A DNA stretch of 54,098 nucleotides from Candidatus Kapaibacterium sp. (GCA_032117915.1 JAULYI010000259.1:1-54098), one strand, 5' to 3'; positions 27,281 through 38,400 are shown, counted from the stretch's first letter. Notes: generated by a model not told the origin, from the sequence alone. A program made the numbers and translations.

Positions 27281-28942
27281 ATGGATCTCGATCCCAGAAC
27301 GAATCCCGCCCGATCTTCACACGGCCAACTGGGCGCGGCCCATACCTATCCCCTGCAATCATGGGGCGCTGTGATGCGCGACCGCGAGGAACGCTACGGC
27401 GAAAAGCCGTGGATGCGCTATATCGATGACCAGGGCACAACGCATACATGGTCATACGCCATCTTCGTCGATGTTGCCAGGCGCATCGCTTCCATGCTTG
27501 TCGCCAACGGCGTTCAACCCGGTGATCGCGTGATTGTCGCCGGCCACAACCATCCGGATACCATCCTGCAGTACTTCGCCTGCTGGTCTGTTGGTGCATG
27601 CGCCGTGCCGTTAAACATGACGGAAGACGATCAACGTTTGGCCTATATCCTGGCGGACTCCGGTGCAGCCGTCGTCTTCGCACGATCTGACTACGCAGAG
27701 CGCGTCCGTAGTCTGGCAGCACCTCTGTGTTCCATCATCGAAGTCGACACGGATACGGCCGACCCTGCGTTTTACCGTGAGGTGCGACGCCACGAGCCGA
27801 TCGACCTTTCGTTGTACGATCAGGACATGCGCTTCGCCGACTGTCTGATTGTGTACACCAGCGGGACCACGGGTAATCCCAAGGGTGTCGTGCTCGTACA
27901 GCAGAACCTATTTGCCGACGGATACGATATCGCTGCATGGCATGGCATTGACGAGGCGACCCGGATGATGTGCGTTTTGCCCATTCACCACGTCAACGGT
28001 ACGATCGTCACCCACGTCACACCCTTTCTTGCTGGTGCCTCCGTTGTACTGCACCGGAAGTTCCGTACCGACAGGTTCTTTGCCTCGATCCGCGCCGAAG
28101 GCGTCCATATCGTAAGCGTCGTGCCTACCCTGCTGGCCTTCCTGCTCGAAGCAGGTGCTGACGCCGTTGGCGTCGTCGAAGGAGGCTTTCGCCATATCAT
28201 CTGTGGTGCCGGGCCGCTTACGGTTGATCTTGCAACGAACTTCGAGACGAACTACGGGCTACCCATTCTCCATGGCTATGGCTTGTCAGAGACCACATGC
28301 TATTCCTGTTTTCTACCCGTTGACATATCGTGGGACGAGCATCGCCAGTGGATGTCGGCACACGGATTTCCAAGCATCGGCATCGCCATTCCATGTAACG
28401 AGATGGCCATTCATGATGCACAGGGATGTGCCGTGGCTGACGGCGAACGCGGCGAGATCGTCATTCGCGGCCCCAATGTGATGCGTGAGTATGCAGGCAA
28501 TCTCACGGCGAACGCCGACGCGTTCACATATGGCTGGTTCCGCAGCGGCGACGAAGGATTCCGTCTTGCCGATACCGTAGGACGTCATTTCTACTTTATC
28601 ACCGGGCGCATCAAAGAGCTGATCATCCGCGGAGGCGTGAACATCGCCCCACTAGAACTTGACGAGGTGATCTGCTCGGCACCGGGTGTAAAAGCCGGCA
28701 TCGCCGTGGGATTCGAGAATGACATGTACGGCGAAGAGATCGGCGCACTCGTCGTCAGCGAGCATGGTGGAGTGTCGGAGGAGGACGTACTCGCGCACTG
28801 CCGCATGCTTCTACCCCACCATAAGTGCCCCAAGGTGGTCCTGTTTGCGCAGGAGCTCCCGGTCACGTCAACCGGCAAGTATCAGCGAAACAAGGTGAAG
28901 CACCTCTTCGCTGCATACCAAGCCATGCAGTTCAAGAAGTAA
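27281..28942 (+). CDS. AMP-dependent acyl-CoA synthetase/ligase
   Basis: ORF 26903..28942, but its first ~125 codons are antisense to ltaE. Plausible starts are ATG 27281 or ATG 27374. AMP-binding motifs IVYTSGTTGNPKGV, HGYGLSET, WFRSGDEG, GRIKELIIRGGVNIAP, TSTGKYQRNK. Confidence 0.85.
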   Translation: MDLDPRTNPARSSHGQLGAAHTYPLQSWGAVMRDREERYGEKPWMRYIDDQGTTHTWSYAIFVDVARRIASMLVANGVQPGDRVIVAGHNHPDTILQYFACWSVGACAVPLNMTEDDQRLAYILADSGAAVVFARSDYAERVRSLAAPLCSIIEVDTDTADPAFYREVRRHEPIDLSLYDQDMRFADCLIVYTSGTTGNPKGVVLVQQNLFADGYDIAAWHGIDEATRMMCVLPIHHVNGTIVTHVTPFLAGASVVLHRKFRTDRFFASIRAEGVHIVSVVPTLLAFLLEAGADAVGVVEGGFRHIICGAGPLTVDLATNFETNYGLPILHGYGLSETTCYSCFLPVDISWDEHRQWMSAHGFPSIGIAIPCNEMAIHDAQGCAVADGERGEIVIRGPNVMREYAGNLTANADAFTYGWFRSGDEGFRLADTVGRHFYFITGRIKELIIRGGVNIAPLELDEVICSAPGVKAGIAVGFENDMYGEEIGALVVSEHGGVSEEDVLAHCRMLLPHHKCPKVVLFAQELPVTSTGKYQRNKVKHLFAAYQAMQFKK

Positions 28943-28945
28943 GAC

Positions 28946-29467
28946 CTATCGGATATCGCGGGCCTTGATCCCCGGTCTGGGCATGTAGAAGGTGGCCTGA
29001 CGGAGGACAGCCGGCTCTGCCGGCGCAACGGATCCCAACGGATAGGTTGACGACATGACGTAGCCACGTCGGACGGCCTGCAAGGTGCCACGGGCGTTAA
29101 CGATCTCAGGATTCGTGTATGCCAGCTCGTCCAGTTCTACATCGGTAAGGGCAGCGGTGTCCGTGCCCTCGTAGAAGTGGATCAGCAGTGTGCGCTGTCG
29201 TGCTACGGCAAAGGCAGACTGCTGGGCTGCCTGGGCAGCGATCTCGGCTCCGACCCGAACGATCTTTGATGTGTCGTAGGCCTCAACCTTGACGAAGTAG
29301 GCGGCCGCAGTGCGATCACCGCTCGCGTCGATGAACGAGTCTTTAACCTCGTAAAAACCATCGATCGACGTAGCCTGCCACCGTACGTACACGAAGAGCG
29401 CTGCGACGGTCAGGCCGGCTGCGAGGAGGGCGGCGACGAACCACTTCGAACTTGCTGAGATACTCAT
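28946..29467 (-). CDS. Hypothetical membrane-anchored protein
   Basis: ORF 28946..29527. ATG 29467 (MSISASSKWFVAALLAAGLTVAALFVYV) overlaps the upstream stop as ATGA. One N-terminal TM helix. I recognise no family. Confidence 0.55.
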   Translation of the reverse strand: MSISASSKWFVAALLAAGLTVAALFVYVRWQATSIDGFYEVKDSFIDASGDRTAAAYFVKVEAYDTSKIVRVGAEIAAQAAQQSAFAVARQRTLLIHFYEGTDTAALTDVELDELAYTNPEIVNARGTLQAVRRGYVMSSTYPLGSVAPAEPAVLRQATFYMPRPGIKARDIR

Positions 29468-30132
29468 GGTAGAACCGAGAGGAACGATGGCAGATGCTGA
29501 GCGTCGAACAGTTTGGCAAAGCACCACATCGTCAGAGCCATACTGAAGGGAATGCTCAGATTATCGTCAACATGTAGGCGGACCGAAGCGGCCTCGACAA
29601 GGGTACATACGGCTGCTCCGGCAAGTCCGGCAGCAAGGTACGTCCAAGGCAGGGCAAAACTGGTACCGTAGGCAAGCACGATCATCACGGCAATGCCAAA
29701 AAAGACGGACGATCCCAGGACGCTCTTGTCAAGAAATCGGCGGCGCCCCCACTTCCTACCGATCAACGCGGCAAAGGTGTCGGAGAGAATGAGCGTCGTG
29801 AACGACGTCACGGCCAGGATCTTTGGCGTCAGTGCAATGATGAGCGTTGCCGCGATCAGTACCCACGAAGCACCATTCAGCAACATACGCTGCTCGTCGC
29901 GCTCATGACCGCGTAGCATACCTCCGACCAGACCCATCATCAGCGTTCTTGTGGGGCCGTGACGGTACATTAACACATTGAGCACCAGGGCGACCAGCGT
30001 AAGCGGTACAAGCACCTGCAATGCCGTTGCCCGATCAACATGCAGATAGATCAACGGGATCGAAAGCGACGAAAGATGGATCCCCTTTCGAGCAAGTTCT
30101 TGTGTGTAGGGTATTTGGCGTCGATCAGTCAT
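29464..30132 (-). CDS. Polytopic membrane protein of the CTP-dependent polyprenol/phytol/dolichol kinase - CDP-diglyceride synthase superfamily
   Basis: About 6-7 TM helices. ELARKGIHLSSLSIPLIY and the C-terminal-half motif ILSDTFAALIGRKWGRRRF...KSVLGSSVFF resemble dolichol/phytol kinase and CdsA-type motifs. The specific substrate is not assignable. Confidence 0.6.
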   Translation of the reverse strand: MTDRRQIPYTQELARKGIHLSSLSIPLIYLHVDRATALQVLVPLTLVALVLNVLMYRHGPTRTLMMGLVGGMLRGHERDEQRMLLNGASWVLIAATLIIALTPKILAVTSFTTLILSDTFAALIGRKWGRRRFLDKSVLGSSVFFGIAVMIVLAYGTSFALPWTYLAAGLAGAAVCTLVEAASVRLHVDDNLSIPFSMALTMWCFAKLFDAQHLPSFLSVLP

Positions 30133-30143
30133 AGTTTTGCATC

Positions 30144-31013
30144 ATGGATCCACGGCAGGCAACCATTCACGTCACGGCCCATGCGAAGCTTAATCTCGGC
30201 CTCGAGATCCTCCGTAAGCGCCCCGACGGCTATCACGATATTCGCTCCGTCTTTGCTACCATCAGCGTTGCAGACGGCATTTCGGTCTCGCCTTCCAGCA
30301 CGATCGAGCTGGAGTGCATCCCCGAAATGACGGACAAACCTGAACAGAATCTGGCGTTCAAAGCAGCCAAGGCGATTCTCGCCCATCCGTCGGCCACAGG
30401 CCGCGGAGCAAAGATAACGTTACGGAAACGTATCCCCGCGGGTGGGGGGCTGGGAGGTGGTTCATCCGATGCCGCCGCCGTCCTTACGGCCATTCGTTCA
30501 CTCTATGACCTGCCTATCAGCTCCGAGGAACTTCATGCCCTCGCTGCCTCAATCGGCAGCGACGTTCCGTTCTTTTTGACCGGTGGTACAGCGCTGGTTG
30601 AAGGTCGTGGCGAGATCGTAACTCCCGTTGATATCCACATCCCCTACGACGTGGTCGTCGTTTTTCCACACATTCATGTGGATACTGCCAAGGCTTACCA
30701 AATGATCCGTCCCCATGAACGTGGCTCTTCGGAAACACTGCTCGAAGCCGTTGCAACAATTGATCGATCAAGTACGCACGTCATAAACGACTTTGAGCAA
30801 GCAGTTTTTCCTAAGTACACTATTTTACAACATGTTAAAGATGTACTGCTAAACCATGGAGCTCTATATGCCTCGATGAGTGGCAGTGGATCTACCATGT
30901 TTGGATTATTCACATCTGTGGATACCTTTGCAGAGCTACGCAGTGCACTTCCGCAGATGGACGTGCTGCGTTGTACGTTCACGTCCGCACAACCACGTTC
31001 CAACACGCCATGA
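30144..31013 (+). CDS. ispE: 4-(cytidine 5'-diphospho)-2-C-methyl-D-erythritol kinase
   Basis: AHAKLNLGLEILRKRPDGYHDI and the GHMP kinase motif KRIPAGGGLGGGSSDAAAVL. Confidence 0.9.
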   Translation: MDPRQATIHVTAHAKLNLGLEILRKRPDGYHDIRSVFATISVADGISVSPSSTIELECIPEMTDKPEQNLAFKAAKAILAHPSATGRGAKITLRKRIPAGGGLGGGSSDAAAVLTAIRSLYDLPISSEELHALAASIGSDVPFFLTGGTALVEGRGEIVTPVDIHIPYDVVVVFPHIHVDTAKAYQMIRPHERGSSETLLEAVATIDRSSTHVINDFEQAVFPKYTILQHVKDVLLNHGALYASMSGSGSTMFGLFTSVDTFAELRSALPQMDVLRCTFTSAQPRSNTP

Positions 31014-32482
31014 ACATCCTCCTCGCTGCAGCCGAAGTGAGTCCGTTCGCCAAGGTCGGCGGTCTTGCCGACATGTCGGCAGCACTGCCTAAGGCATGGA
31101 AGGCCCAAGGACATACGGTGATCGTCGTTCTTCCGCTCTATGCCACGATCGACACGGAGCGTTACGGTATTCGTAAGCTCCCTATGCTGGTCGATGTACC
31201 CTTTGGTTCCTGGACTGAGTATGCAACCGTTTGGGAGGGGCGCTTGCCTGACTCTGACGTACCGGTGTACTTTGTGGCCTCCGCAGATTACTTTGATCGT
31301 CCTGGCATCTACGGCTATCACGAGGGCTTTCATGACAATGATAGGCGCTTCATCTTTCTAAGCAGAGCAGCGTTTGAAGTCGCTCGCGCCCTTGGGGTTA
31401 AGCCAGACGTGGTCCATGCGCACGACTACCACACAGCCCCAATGATGCCGATGCTGAAGGTCCATTACAGGAACGACCCATTCTTTGATACGACAGCCGG
31501 TGTCTTCACCATTCACAACATGGCCTATCAGGGTATGTTCGACCCGGCCAGAGCAATGGAGTTCTGTGGGTTTAGCCCAGAGGCATGCTATCCCGGTAGC
31601 TGGTACGAGCATCAGGGTGCCTTCAACGCCATGAAAAGCGGCATCATGTTCGCCGATAAAATCACAACGGTAAGTCCGACGTATGCAGAAGAGATACGCT
31701 GGACTCCGGAAGGCCACGGCATGCAGTCAGCACTGCAAGCCCGCGGTGGCGACCTGATCGGTGTCCTGAACGGCATCGATAGGGACGAGTGGGACCCAAC
31801 AACGGATACGTATATCCCAATGCGATACACTGCCCAGCATCTTGATCGAAAAGAAGTGAACAAGCTGGCCCTCCTTCGAAGCTTCGGTCTTTCCGATGAA
31901 CTGTCTACCGAAGATCTCCCCGTTATCGGTATGGTGACGCGACTGACCGAGCAGAAGGGCATCGTCCTGATCACACAGGTCATCGAACATTACCTCGCCA
32001 ATGGATCGTGCAGATTTGTTTTGCTGGGCTCCGGTGAACAGCGCTTTGAAAACTACTTTTGCGACCTTGCGTATCGATATCCAAATCATGCACTTATACG
32101 AACGGGCTACGACTCAGCCTTATCACATACGATTCAAGCCGGTTCAGACTTTTACCTTATGCCCTCAAAGTTTGAGCCATGTGGACTCACACAGATGTTT
32201 GCCCTGACGTACGGTACGGTTCCGATCGTCCGATCGACGGGCGGACTGGCAGACACCGTTCAGCAGTACGATCCAATAACGTTCAGCGGTAACGGCTTTA
32301 CATTTCAACGGTTTCACGCTGATGACCTGAGCAACGCCATAGAGCTTGCTCTGCGCACATACAAGCGGGATCCACACTGGACAAGCCTGCGCGTGAACGC
32401 CATGGCTCGCGACTTCTCTATCGCCGAGGCAGCACGGCGATATGTGGATATTTTTGGCTGGGCTCAGAACGCTCGCCGCTAG
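31010..32482 (+). CDS. glgA: Glycogen (starch) synthase, ADP-glucose type (GT5)
   Basis: ORF 30971..32482. ATG 31010 (MNILLAAAEVSPFAKVGGLADM) overlaps the ispE stop as ATGA. KxGGL motif, HAHDYHTA, PSKFEPCGLTQM. Confidence 0.92.
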   Translation: MNILLAAAEVSPFAKVGGLADMSAALPKAWKAQGHTVIVVLPLYATIDTERYGIRKLPMLVDVPFGSWTEYATVWEGRLPDSDVPVYFVASADYFDRPGIYGYHEGFHDNDRRFIFLSRAAFEVARALGVKPDVVHAHDYHTAPMMPMLKVHYRNDPFFDTTAGVFTIHNMAYQGMFDPARAMEFCGFSPEACYPGSWYEHQGAFNAMKSGIMFADKITTVSPTYAEEIRWTPEGHGMQSALQARGGDLIGVLNGIDRDEWDPTTDTYIPMRYTAQHLDRKEVNKLALLRSFGLSDELSTEDLPVIGMVTRLTEQKGIVLITQVIEHYLANGSCRFVLLGSGEQRFENYFCDLAYRYPNHALIRTGYDSALSHTIQAGSDFYLMPSKFEPCGLTQMFALTYGTVPIVRSTGGLADTVQQYDPITFSGNGFTFQRFHADDLSNAIELALRTYKRDPHWTSLRVNAMARDFSIAEAARRYVDIFGWAQNARR

Positions 32483-32492
32483 CGCAAGCCGT

Positions 32493-33665
32493 TTACGCTT
32501 TCGGCTGAAACCCTACGATGACTTCCAGCCCGGCTGTGCCCGGAAACAGGTCAACAGGAATCATCGATGAGACGGCATAGCCGGCAGCCTTCCATTCGCC
32601 GATGCTTCGGCGGATCTCATCGGGACCGCAGAAGACGTGGACGACTTGGCGGGGCTTGAGTCCGGCCACTGCCGTAATGACGTTGGGATCTGTACCCGAC
32701 CGTGGTGGATCAAGGATCACAACGTCGGCATGGTCCACGACCTTTGCAAGGTTTGCCGGGTTGACCGGCAAGGCGATGGCACGAACAGTTCCGCCAGCCC
32801 TGCGAATGTTGTACCGGGCATTATCGACCGTAGTCTCGTCGGCATCCATCGTCACCACAGCCTGCACGTCCTTCGCCATGGCAGCACCAAATAGACCGTA
32901 GCCGCCATACAGGTCTGCCAGCACATCGGTCGGACGCAGCTGCGCCGTTTCGCGGACGGTCTTCACAAGCGTCGGCACCATCGCCAGATTCACCTGCGAA
33001 AACGAGAAGACTCCCACCTGATACGTCACGTCGTCAAGCGTCTGACGCCAGACGCGCTCACCGCTGATCTTCTTCTCGGCCATACCCCGAAGGGGTCTGT
33101 CCGTGTCAAGGTAGTAGCGACTGCCCTTCGGATCGACGTACAGCCAGGCCGACGTCACTTCAGGGACGTCACGTTGGACCGACTTGACCCACGACCGGGC
33201 CGCCCGGATGATGTCCGCCGAAACCTCCATGATGTTCAGGATCAGCACAAACTGATCATACGTGCCACGGACGATAACGTGATTCAGTACCTCGGCGAGC
33301 GGGTCACGGCGCACATCCAGTTGCTTCGCAATGCGGGCATACACACGCAGGTGCGCAGGTGGCTCCAGTGACGAAGCCGAGGCTGATTCGTGCATATCAC
33401 CGTGTACAAGGCGCATGCCGCCACGACGATCTCTCCAGACACGCCGTCGTGACGTTGTTCGATACTCGCGAGGCTTCACGGATCGAACCAAGGGTTGCAA
33501 GGCCTCGCGCGGTGCAAGCAGTTTCAAATATCCCGCCACGACGTCGCGCTTGACGGCGTACTCGGCATCATAGGCTACATGAGCCAGCATCGCCGGTCCG
33601 TCATGTGGAGCAAGACCGGCCTTGCGGGCCGCTGCTCGGAGTTGTTCTTCAAAGAGTGGCGTCAC
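32493..33665 (-). CDS. Class I SAM-dependent RNA (uracil-5-)-methyltransferase, RlmD/TrmA family
   Basis: SAM motif I DLYGGYGLFG, motif IV VILDPPRSG, and a catalytic-Cys region HVFCGPDE in the position of the family VSCNP motif. The start overlaps the upstream gene end by 17 nt. Confidence 0.75.
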   Translation of the reverse strand: MTPLFEEQLRAAARKAGLAPHDGPAMLAHVAYDAEYAVKRDVVAGYLKLLAPREALQPLVRSVKPREYRTTSRRRVWRDRRGGMRLVHGDMHESASASSLEPPAHLRVYARIAKQLDVRRDPLAEVLNHVIVRGTYDQFVLILNIMEVSADIIRAARSWVKSVQRDVPEVTSAWLYVDPKGSRYYLDTDRPLRGMAEKKISGERVWRQTLDDVTYQVGVFSFSQVNLAMVPTLVKTVRETAQLRPTDVLADLYGGYGLFGAAMAKDVQAVVTMDADETTVDNARYNIRRAGGTVRAIALPVNPANLAKVVDHADVVILDPPRSGTDPNVITAVAGLKPRQVVHVFCGPDEIRRSIGEWKAAGYAVSSMIPVDLFPGTAGLEVIVGFQPKA

Positions 33666-35352
33666 GTCGTTTCAGGACAAGAATGGATGTATCGTCGTCG
33701 AGTGGACGACCGTTCGTAAACGTCTCGAGTGTTTCCGTGAGGGCAGCAACGATGTCGGCTGCCGGCCTGCGTGCGTGAGCGCGGACGATGTTGGCCGCCG
33801 CCTCGACACCGAATTCGTTCTGACCGGCATCTCTGGCCTCGGTCACTCCGTCGGTGTACAACAACAGGACGTCATCTGGTGCCATAGACACGGTGCCCAT
33901 CTGATATGGCTTTGGACTCGGAATCACACCGGCCAGGATACCGCCAACGTTCAGCGGCGTAACATCCTTGCCCCCAATCACAAGCGGCGGATTATGGCCC
34001 AGATTGACGTAGTCAAGGCTGTGCGCGGATCGATCCAAGATGGCAATGAACATCGTCACAAAGACATCCGGCTCAGTATTGTCACACAGCAAGCTATTGA
34101 TGCGGTCGGCAATGGACGGTAGCGGCGTTCCAATCGTGGCCAGGACGTTCAGGGCGGCCTGGACATTGGCCATCACCAGAGCAGCCGGCACACCCTTTCC
34201 GGACACGTCTGCAATCGCGAACAGCGTCCGATGGTCGTCAAGGGTGATGACGTCATAATAATCACCCGACACCTGTTTTGATGGCAACGTGGATGCAGCG
34301 ATATCATAATCAGGAATCGTGGGCAACGCAAGGGGCAGAAGGCCGCGCTGAATGGTGGCGGCGATGGCGAGCTCGCTCTCAAGACGCTGGCGCTCAAGCT
34401 CACGCGTGATGGCCCGATCCTGTTCGATGGCCGCCAAGGCCGTGTTACCGAGGGACTCCACGAAGGAGAGTTCTTCGTCGGTAAAGCGTGCTCCGCTAAG
34501 CTTTGCCGTCACGGCAATGGCCCCCTTATGATCACCATGGATCGTCAGCGGTGCTACGGCAGCAACGTTGGCGTCCAGAAACGCCGTCCGCACGCCGTCA
34601 TCGCTGATGTCTTCCGTCCGCATCACCGTGCGCCACTCCACGGCATGGGGCGCCAATGCCTCTAAGGCCGACGCCTCCTGCCGATTCACGACCACGGTCC
34701 GTCCGTTAATGGGCTCGCGGACATACATCGCATAGCAACTCAGCATCAGCTGGCCCATGAGTCGATACGACAGGGTTCGTAGGATGGAGTCCACATCGGT
34801 CATGCCAGAGAAATCTCGGGCACTTTCGAACAGCGTGGTCACGAGCAAATTCTGTCGTTGCAGCTCCTGCGTCGTAGCAAGCAGTGACCGCACCATTTGC
34901 GCGTTATGCAACGCAGTGGTGGTTATGGAACGAACCAGTCGCATGTACGTGATCACGTCGTCGGAGTCGTCTGAACCGTCAAGGGTCGGACCAAAGCACA
35001 GGATTGACGCGACCTGCCCATGAACAACGAGCGGCACCAGCCAGCGGATCCCAGCAGCATAGAGCTCACGCGTTTCATCGTCAGGCGATGCGAACCGAAG
35101 TTCCTCGCACTCCACGTGGCCAAACCGGGCAGGTGCCATCCCCTTGGCATGGGTCACGAAGAACCGACCACCGTCCGGCTGCAGCACGCATGCGCGCAGG
35201 ATCTTGAGCTTTCCCATCACGGAAAGCACAGCGGCGTTGACGATGCGTTCCTCGGAGTCGGATTCAGCCAATCTCGAGCTAAGGTCAAGGAGAGAGGACA
35301 GCTGCATGGATACCGCCTGCGGACGAACGGTTCCTGATAAGAGATCGGCCAT
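33649..35352 (-). CDS. GAF-domain-containing PP2C-type (SpoIIE/RsbU-like) serine phosphatase
   Basis: ORF 33649..35445, likely start ATG 35352 (MADLLSGT). Two GAF-like N-terminal segments. SpoIIE motifs ATIQRGLLP, QVSGDYYDV, FAIADVSGKGVPAALVMA, LLLYTDGVTEA. Confidence 0.85.
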   Translation of the reverse strand: MADLLSGTVRPQAVSMQLSSLLDLSSRLAESDSEERIVNAAVLSVMGKLKILRACVLQPDGGRFFVTHAKGMAPARFGHVECEELRFASPDDETRELYAAGIRWLVPLVVHGQVASILCFGPTLDGSDDSDDVITYMRLVRSITTTALHNAQMVRSLLATTQELQRQNLLVTTLFESARDFSGMTDVDSILRTLSYRLMGQLMLSCYAMYVREPINGRTVVVNRQEASALEALAPHAVEWRTVMRTEDISDDGVRTAFLDANVAAVAPLTIHGDHKGAIAVTAKLSGARFTDEELSFVESLGNTALAAIEQDRAITRELERQRLESELAIAATIQRGLLPLALPTIPDYDIAASTLPSKQVSGDYYDVITLDDHRTLFAIADVSGKGVPAALVMANVQAALNVLATIGTPLPSIADRINSLLCDNTEPDVFVTMFIAILDRSAHSLDYVNLGHNPPLVIGGKDVTPLNVGGILAGVIPSPKPYQMGTVSMAPDDVLLLYTDGVTEARDAGQNEFGVEAAANIVRAHARRPAADIVAALTETLETFTNGRPLDDDTSILVLKRRDATL

Positions 35353-35432
35353 GGTCCGAATATACGATGCGGATACTGCGGGCTTGAAAAACCGTAATTT
35401 TACGGCCCCGTTCATGCTGCCTACGGAATCCG

Positions 35433-38400
35433 ATGACCACTTCAAGACTTCTTTGTTTCGTCATGATCTCGATCGTGTCCACCGTGGGCGTTTTGGCCCA
35501 GGGTGTGACAACGGGATCGCTCGGCGGACGCGTCCAGCGCAAGGACAACGGTAAGACCATTCCGCTCTCCGGCGCTACGGTGAAAGCTGTGCATGTACCT
35601 ACCGGTGCAACCTATGGCGCGATCGTTCGCTCAAACGGTGCGTACACCATCAAGGGCATGCGAACCGGTGGCCCGTACACGGTAACCGCCTCCTTCATCG
35701 GCTATCAATCGCAGAGCCGCACGGGCATCACGATCAGACTTGGCGAAACATCAACGACAGACTTCGTGCTCGAGGAGTCCTCGACAACCACACAGGACGT
35801 CGTTGTGAAAGCCACGCAGGATCCGGCCTTCGATCGCTCGAAAACGGGATCGGGCACGGTGGTCACCGATCAGATGATCCAGGCTGCACCGACGATCAAT
35901 CGCAGTATCTCCGACGTGGCAAGGTTAAATCCATACGCCAACCAGGTTCAGACGGCCGGTAGCGACGGCCTGCAGGGTGTGTCCATCGGCGGTGTCAATT
36001 CACGGTTCAACAACTTCCAAGTCGACGGTGCGGTTGCCAACGACCTGTTCGCGCTATCGACGGCCGGAACGGCCGGAGGTCAGGCCAATGCCAATCCGAT
36101 CTCGCTCGATGCGATCGAAGAACTCAAGGTGAACGTCTCGCCATACGATATCCGCCAGAGCGGCTTCACCGGCGGCCTGATTAATGCAGTCACGCGTGGT
36201 GGCACCAATACGTGGACTGGGTCGGCATTCATGTACGGTCGTAACCAGGATTTCGTCGGAGCCAGCCCCGATGCAAACCGTCGCCCCTTTGATGAGTTTT
36301 CCGATCTGCAGCTTGGTGGACGCATCGGTGGACCGATCCTCGAAAACAAGGTGCTGTTTCATCTGACGGCCGAAACCCGACAGCGCCGGACTCCGATTGA
36401 AGTCGGGCTTAACGACCCCAACGCCTTGAATAACTTCCCTGCCTCGTCCTCCGTAATGGATGAGATCATTCGCGTTGCTCGGGATCGTTGGAACTACGAT
36501 GCCGGCGCATGGGATCCGTTCATTGTGCGGAATAACACCGTCAACCTGATCGGCCGAATCGACTGGAATATCAGCGAGCATCACAAGGTCCAGATTCGAC
36601 ACAACTTCACGTATGCCTTGCAGGACCGTAACGTGCAACGCACGGCGGTGAACTTCTCGCTCAGCAGTCAGGGTAACGAGTTTACGAGCATCAACAATCA
36701 GACGGTCATGCAGTGGAACGGCATTCTCTCTGATGACCTCTCAAACGAGCTCCGCGTTTCCTTCACACGTACAAACGATGAGCGAGTGCTCGGCGAAGAC
36801 CCCTTCCCGCAGGTTCGCGTTCAGGTGGCTTCGGGTGTTAACGTCGTGCTCGGTCCCGAGCGTTCGTCACAGGCCAATGCCCTCGATCAAACACAGCTTG
36901 CCATCACGGATGACCTGACGTGGTTCGTGGGCGACCACAACATCACGATTGGTACACATAATGAGTTCAACTGGTTTAACAATTTGTTCATCCAGGACTA
37001 TTACGGATCCTATCAGTTTCCTAGCATCGATGCGTTCCGGGACGGCACACCCAACCAATATCAAGTGTCGTGGGCTAACGAATCCGTCACCGGTGGCGAA
37101 CAGCGCCCCCGCACCACCTGGAGCATGATGCAGGTTGGTCTGTACCTCATGGACGAGTGGCAGGTGAACGATGATCTTCGTCTCGTCGGCGGTTTCCGCG
37201 TCGATGCACCGATCTTCACGACTACGCCCTACGAGAATCCTGTCTTTGCAGCGCGCTTCCCCGGCAGGTCTACCAGCGAGGTACCGCAATTGGCCTTGCT
37301 CTATTCGCCGCGCCTTGGCTTCAATTGGGATGTGTCCGGCGACCGTACAACGCAGCTGCGAGGCGGCACGGGCCTGTTCACCGGCCGCGTAGCAGCCGTG
37401 TGGCTATCGAATCAATATGGCAACACCGGCATGGACGTCTTCCGTGCTGCCATTGGCGGCAACAATTCGCAGAATGTGATCATCGGCGCAGACGGTAATC
37501 CTATCGAGTTTGACCTGCGTAGCGACCGAACGCCGAGACCGGGTGATTCGACCTTCCCGGGCTCGATCTCGACGTCGGCCATTAACATCACCGATCAGAA
37601 CTTCCGGATGCCGCAGGTATGGCGGAGCACGCTTGGCATCGACCAGCGTTTGGCAGACGGCCTTACGCTTTCTATCGAGGGCATGTACGGTGCATTCCTG
37701 AACACCGTAGACTACGCCAACATCAACCTCAAGCCCTCGGGCATCGGCGTCTCCCCAATCGACGGTCGTCCAATGTATGCCGGTGAGAATGGCGACTCCC
37801 TTGTAGCCCGCGAGTTCACACAGGTGCTGTTGTTGCGCAGTCGTAACGAAGGCTATCAGTATTCCGTTTCGGGGTCGATCAACCTGGCTGACAACAATCG
37901 CTGGCTGCCCGGTCTCTCGGCCATGCTAACGTATACCTATGGTCACACGTACGATCTGAATAGCGGTCAAGCAGCAACGGCCATCTCGCAGTGGAATGGC
38001 ACGGACGCCATCGACCCGAACAATGCCACGATAGGTAGGTCCAACTTTGATGTGCCCCATCGAGTGGTCTTCAACGCCAGCTATCGTCACGTTTGGGCTC
38101 CGGGATACACAACGACGGTCACGCTGTTCTATGCCGGTTCTAGCGGCCGCCCTTTCTCACTATCCTACATTCAGGACTACAACGGCGACAATGCCTTAGG
38201 GGGCAATGATCTGATCTACGTGCCACGTGCCGAAGACTACAACTCGAAGGTCGTCATCGTTCCACCGTCAGGAACGGACCTGCGAACGCCGGACCAAGTG
38301 TGGACGCAGATCATGGATCTGATCGACAGCAATCCAGTGCTGAAGGAGTATCAGGGACAGATCCTCCCGCGCAATGCGCTTCGTGAACCATGGGTTCACC

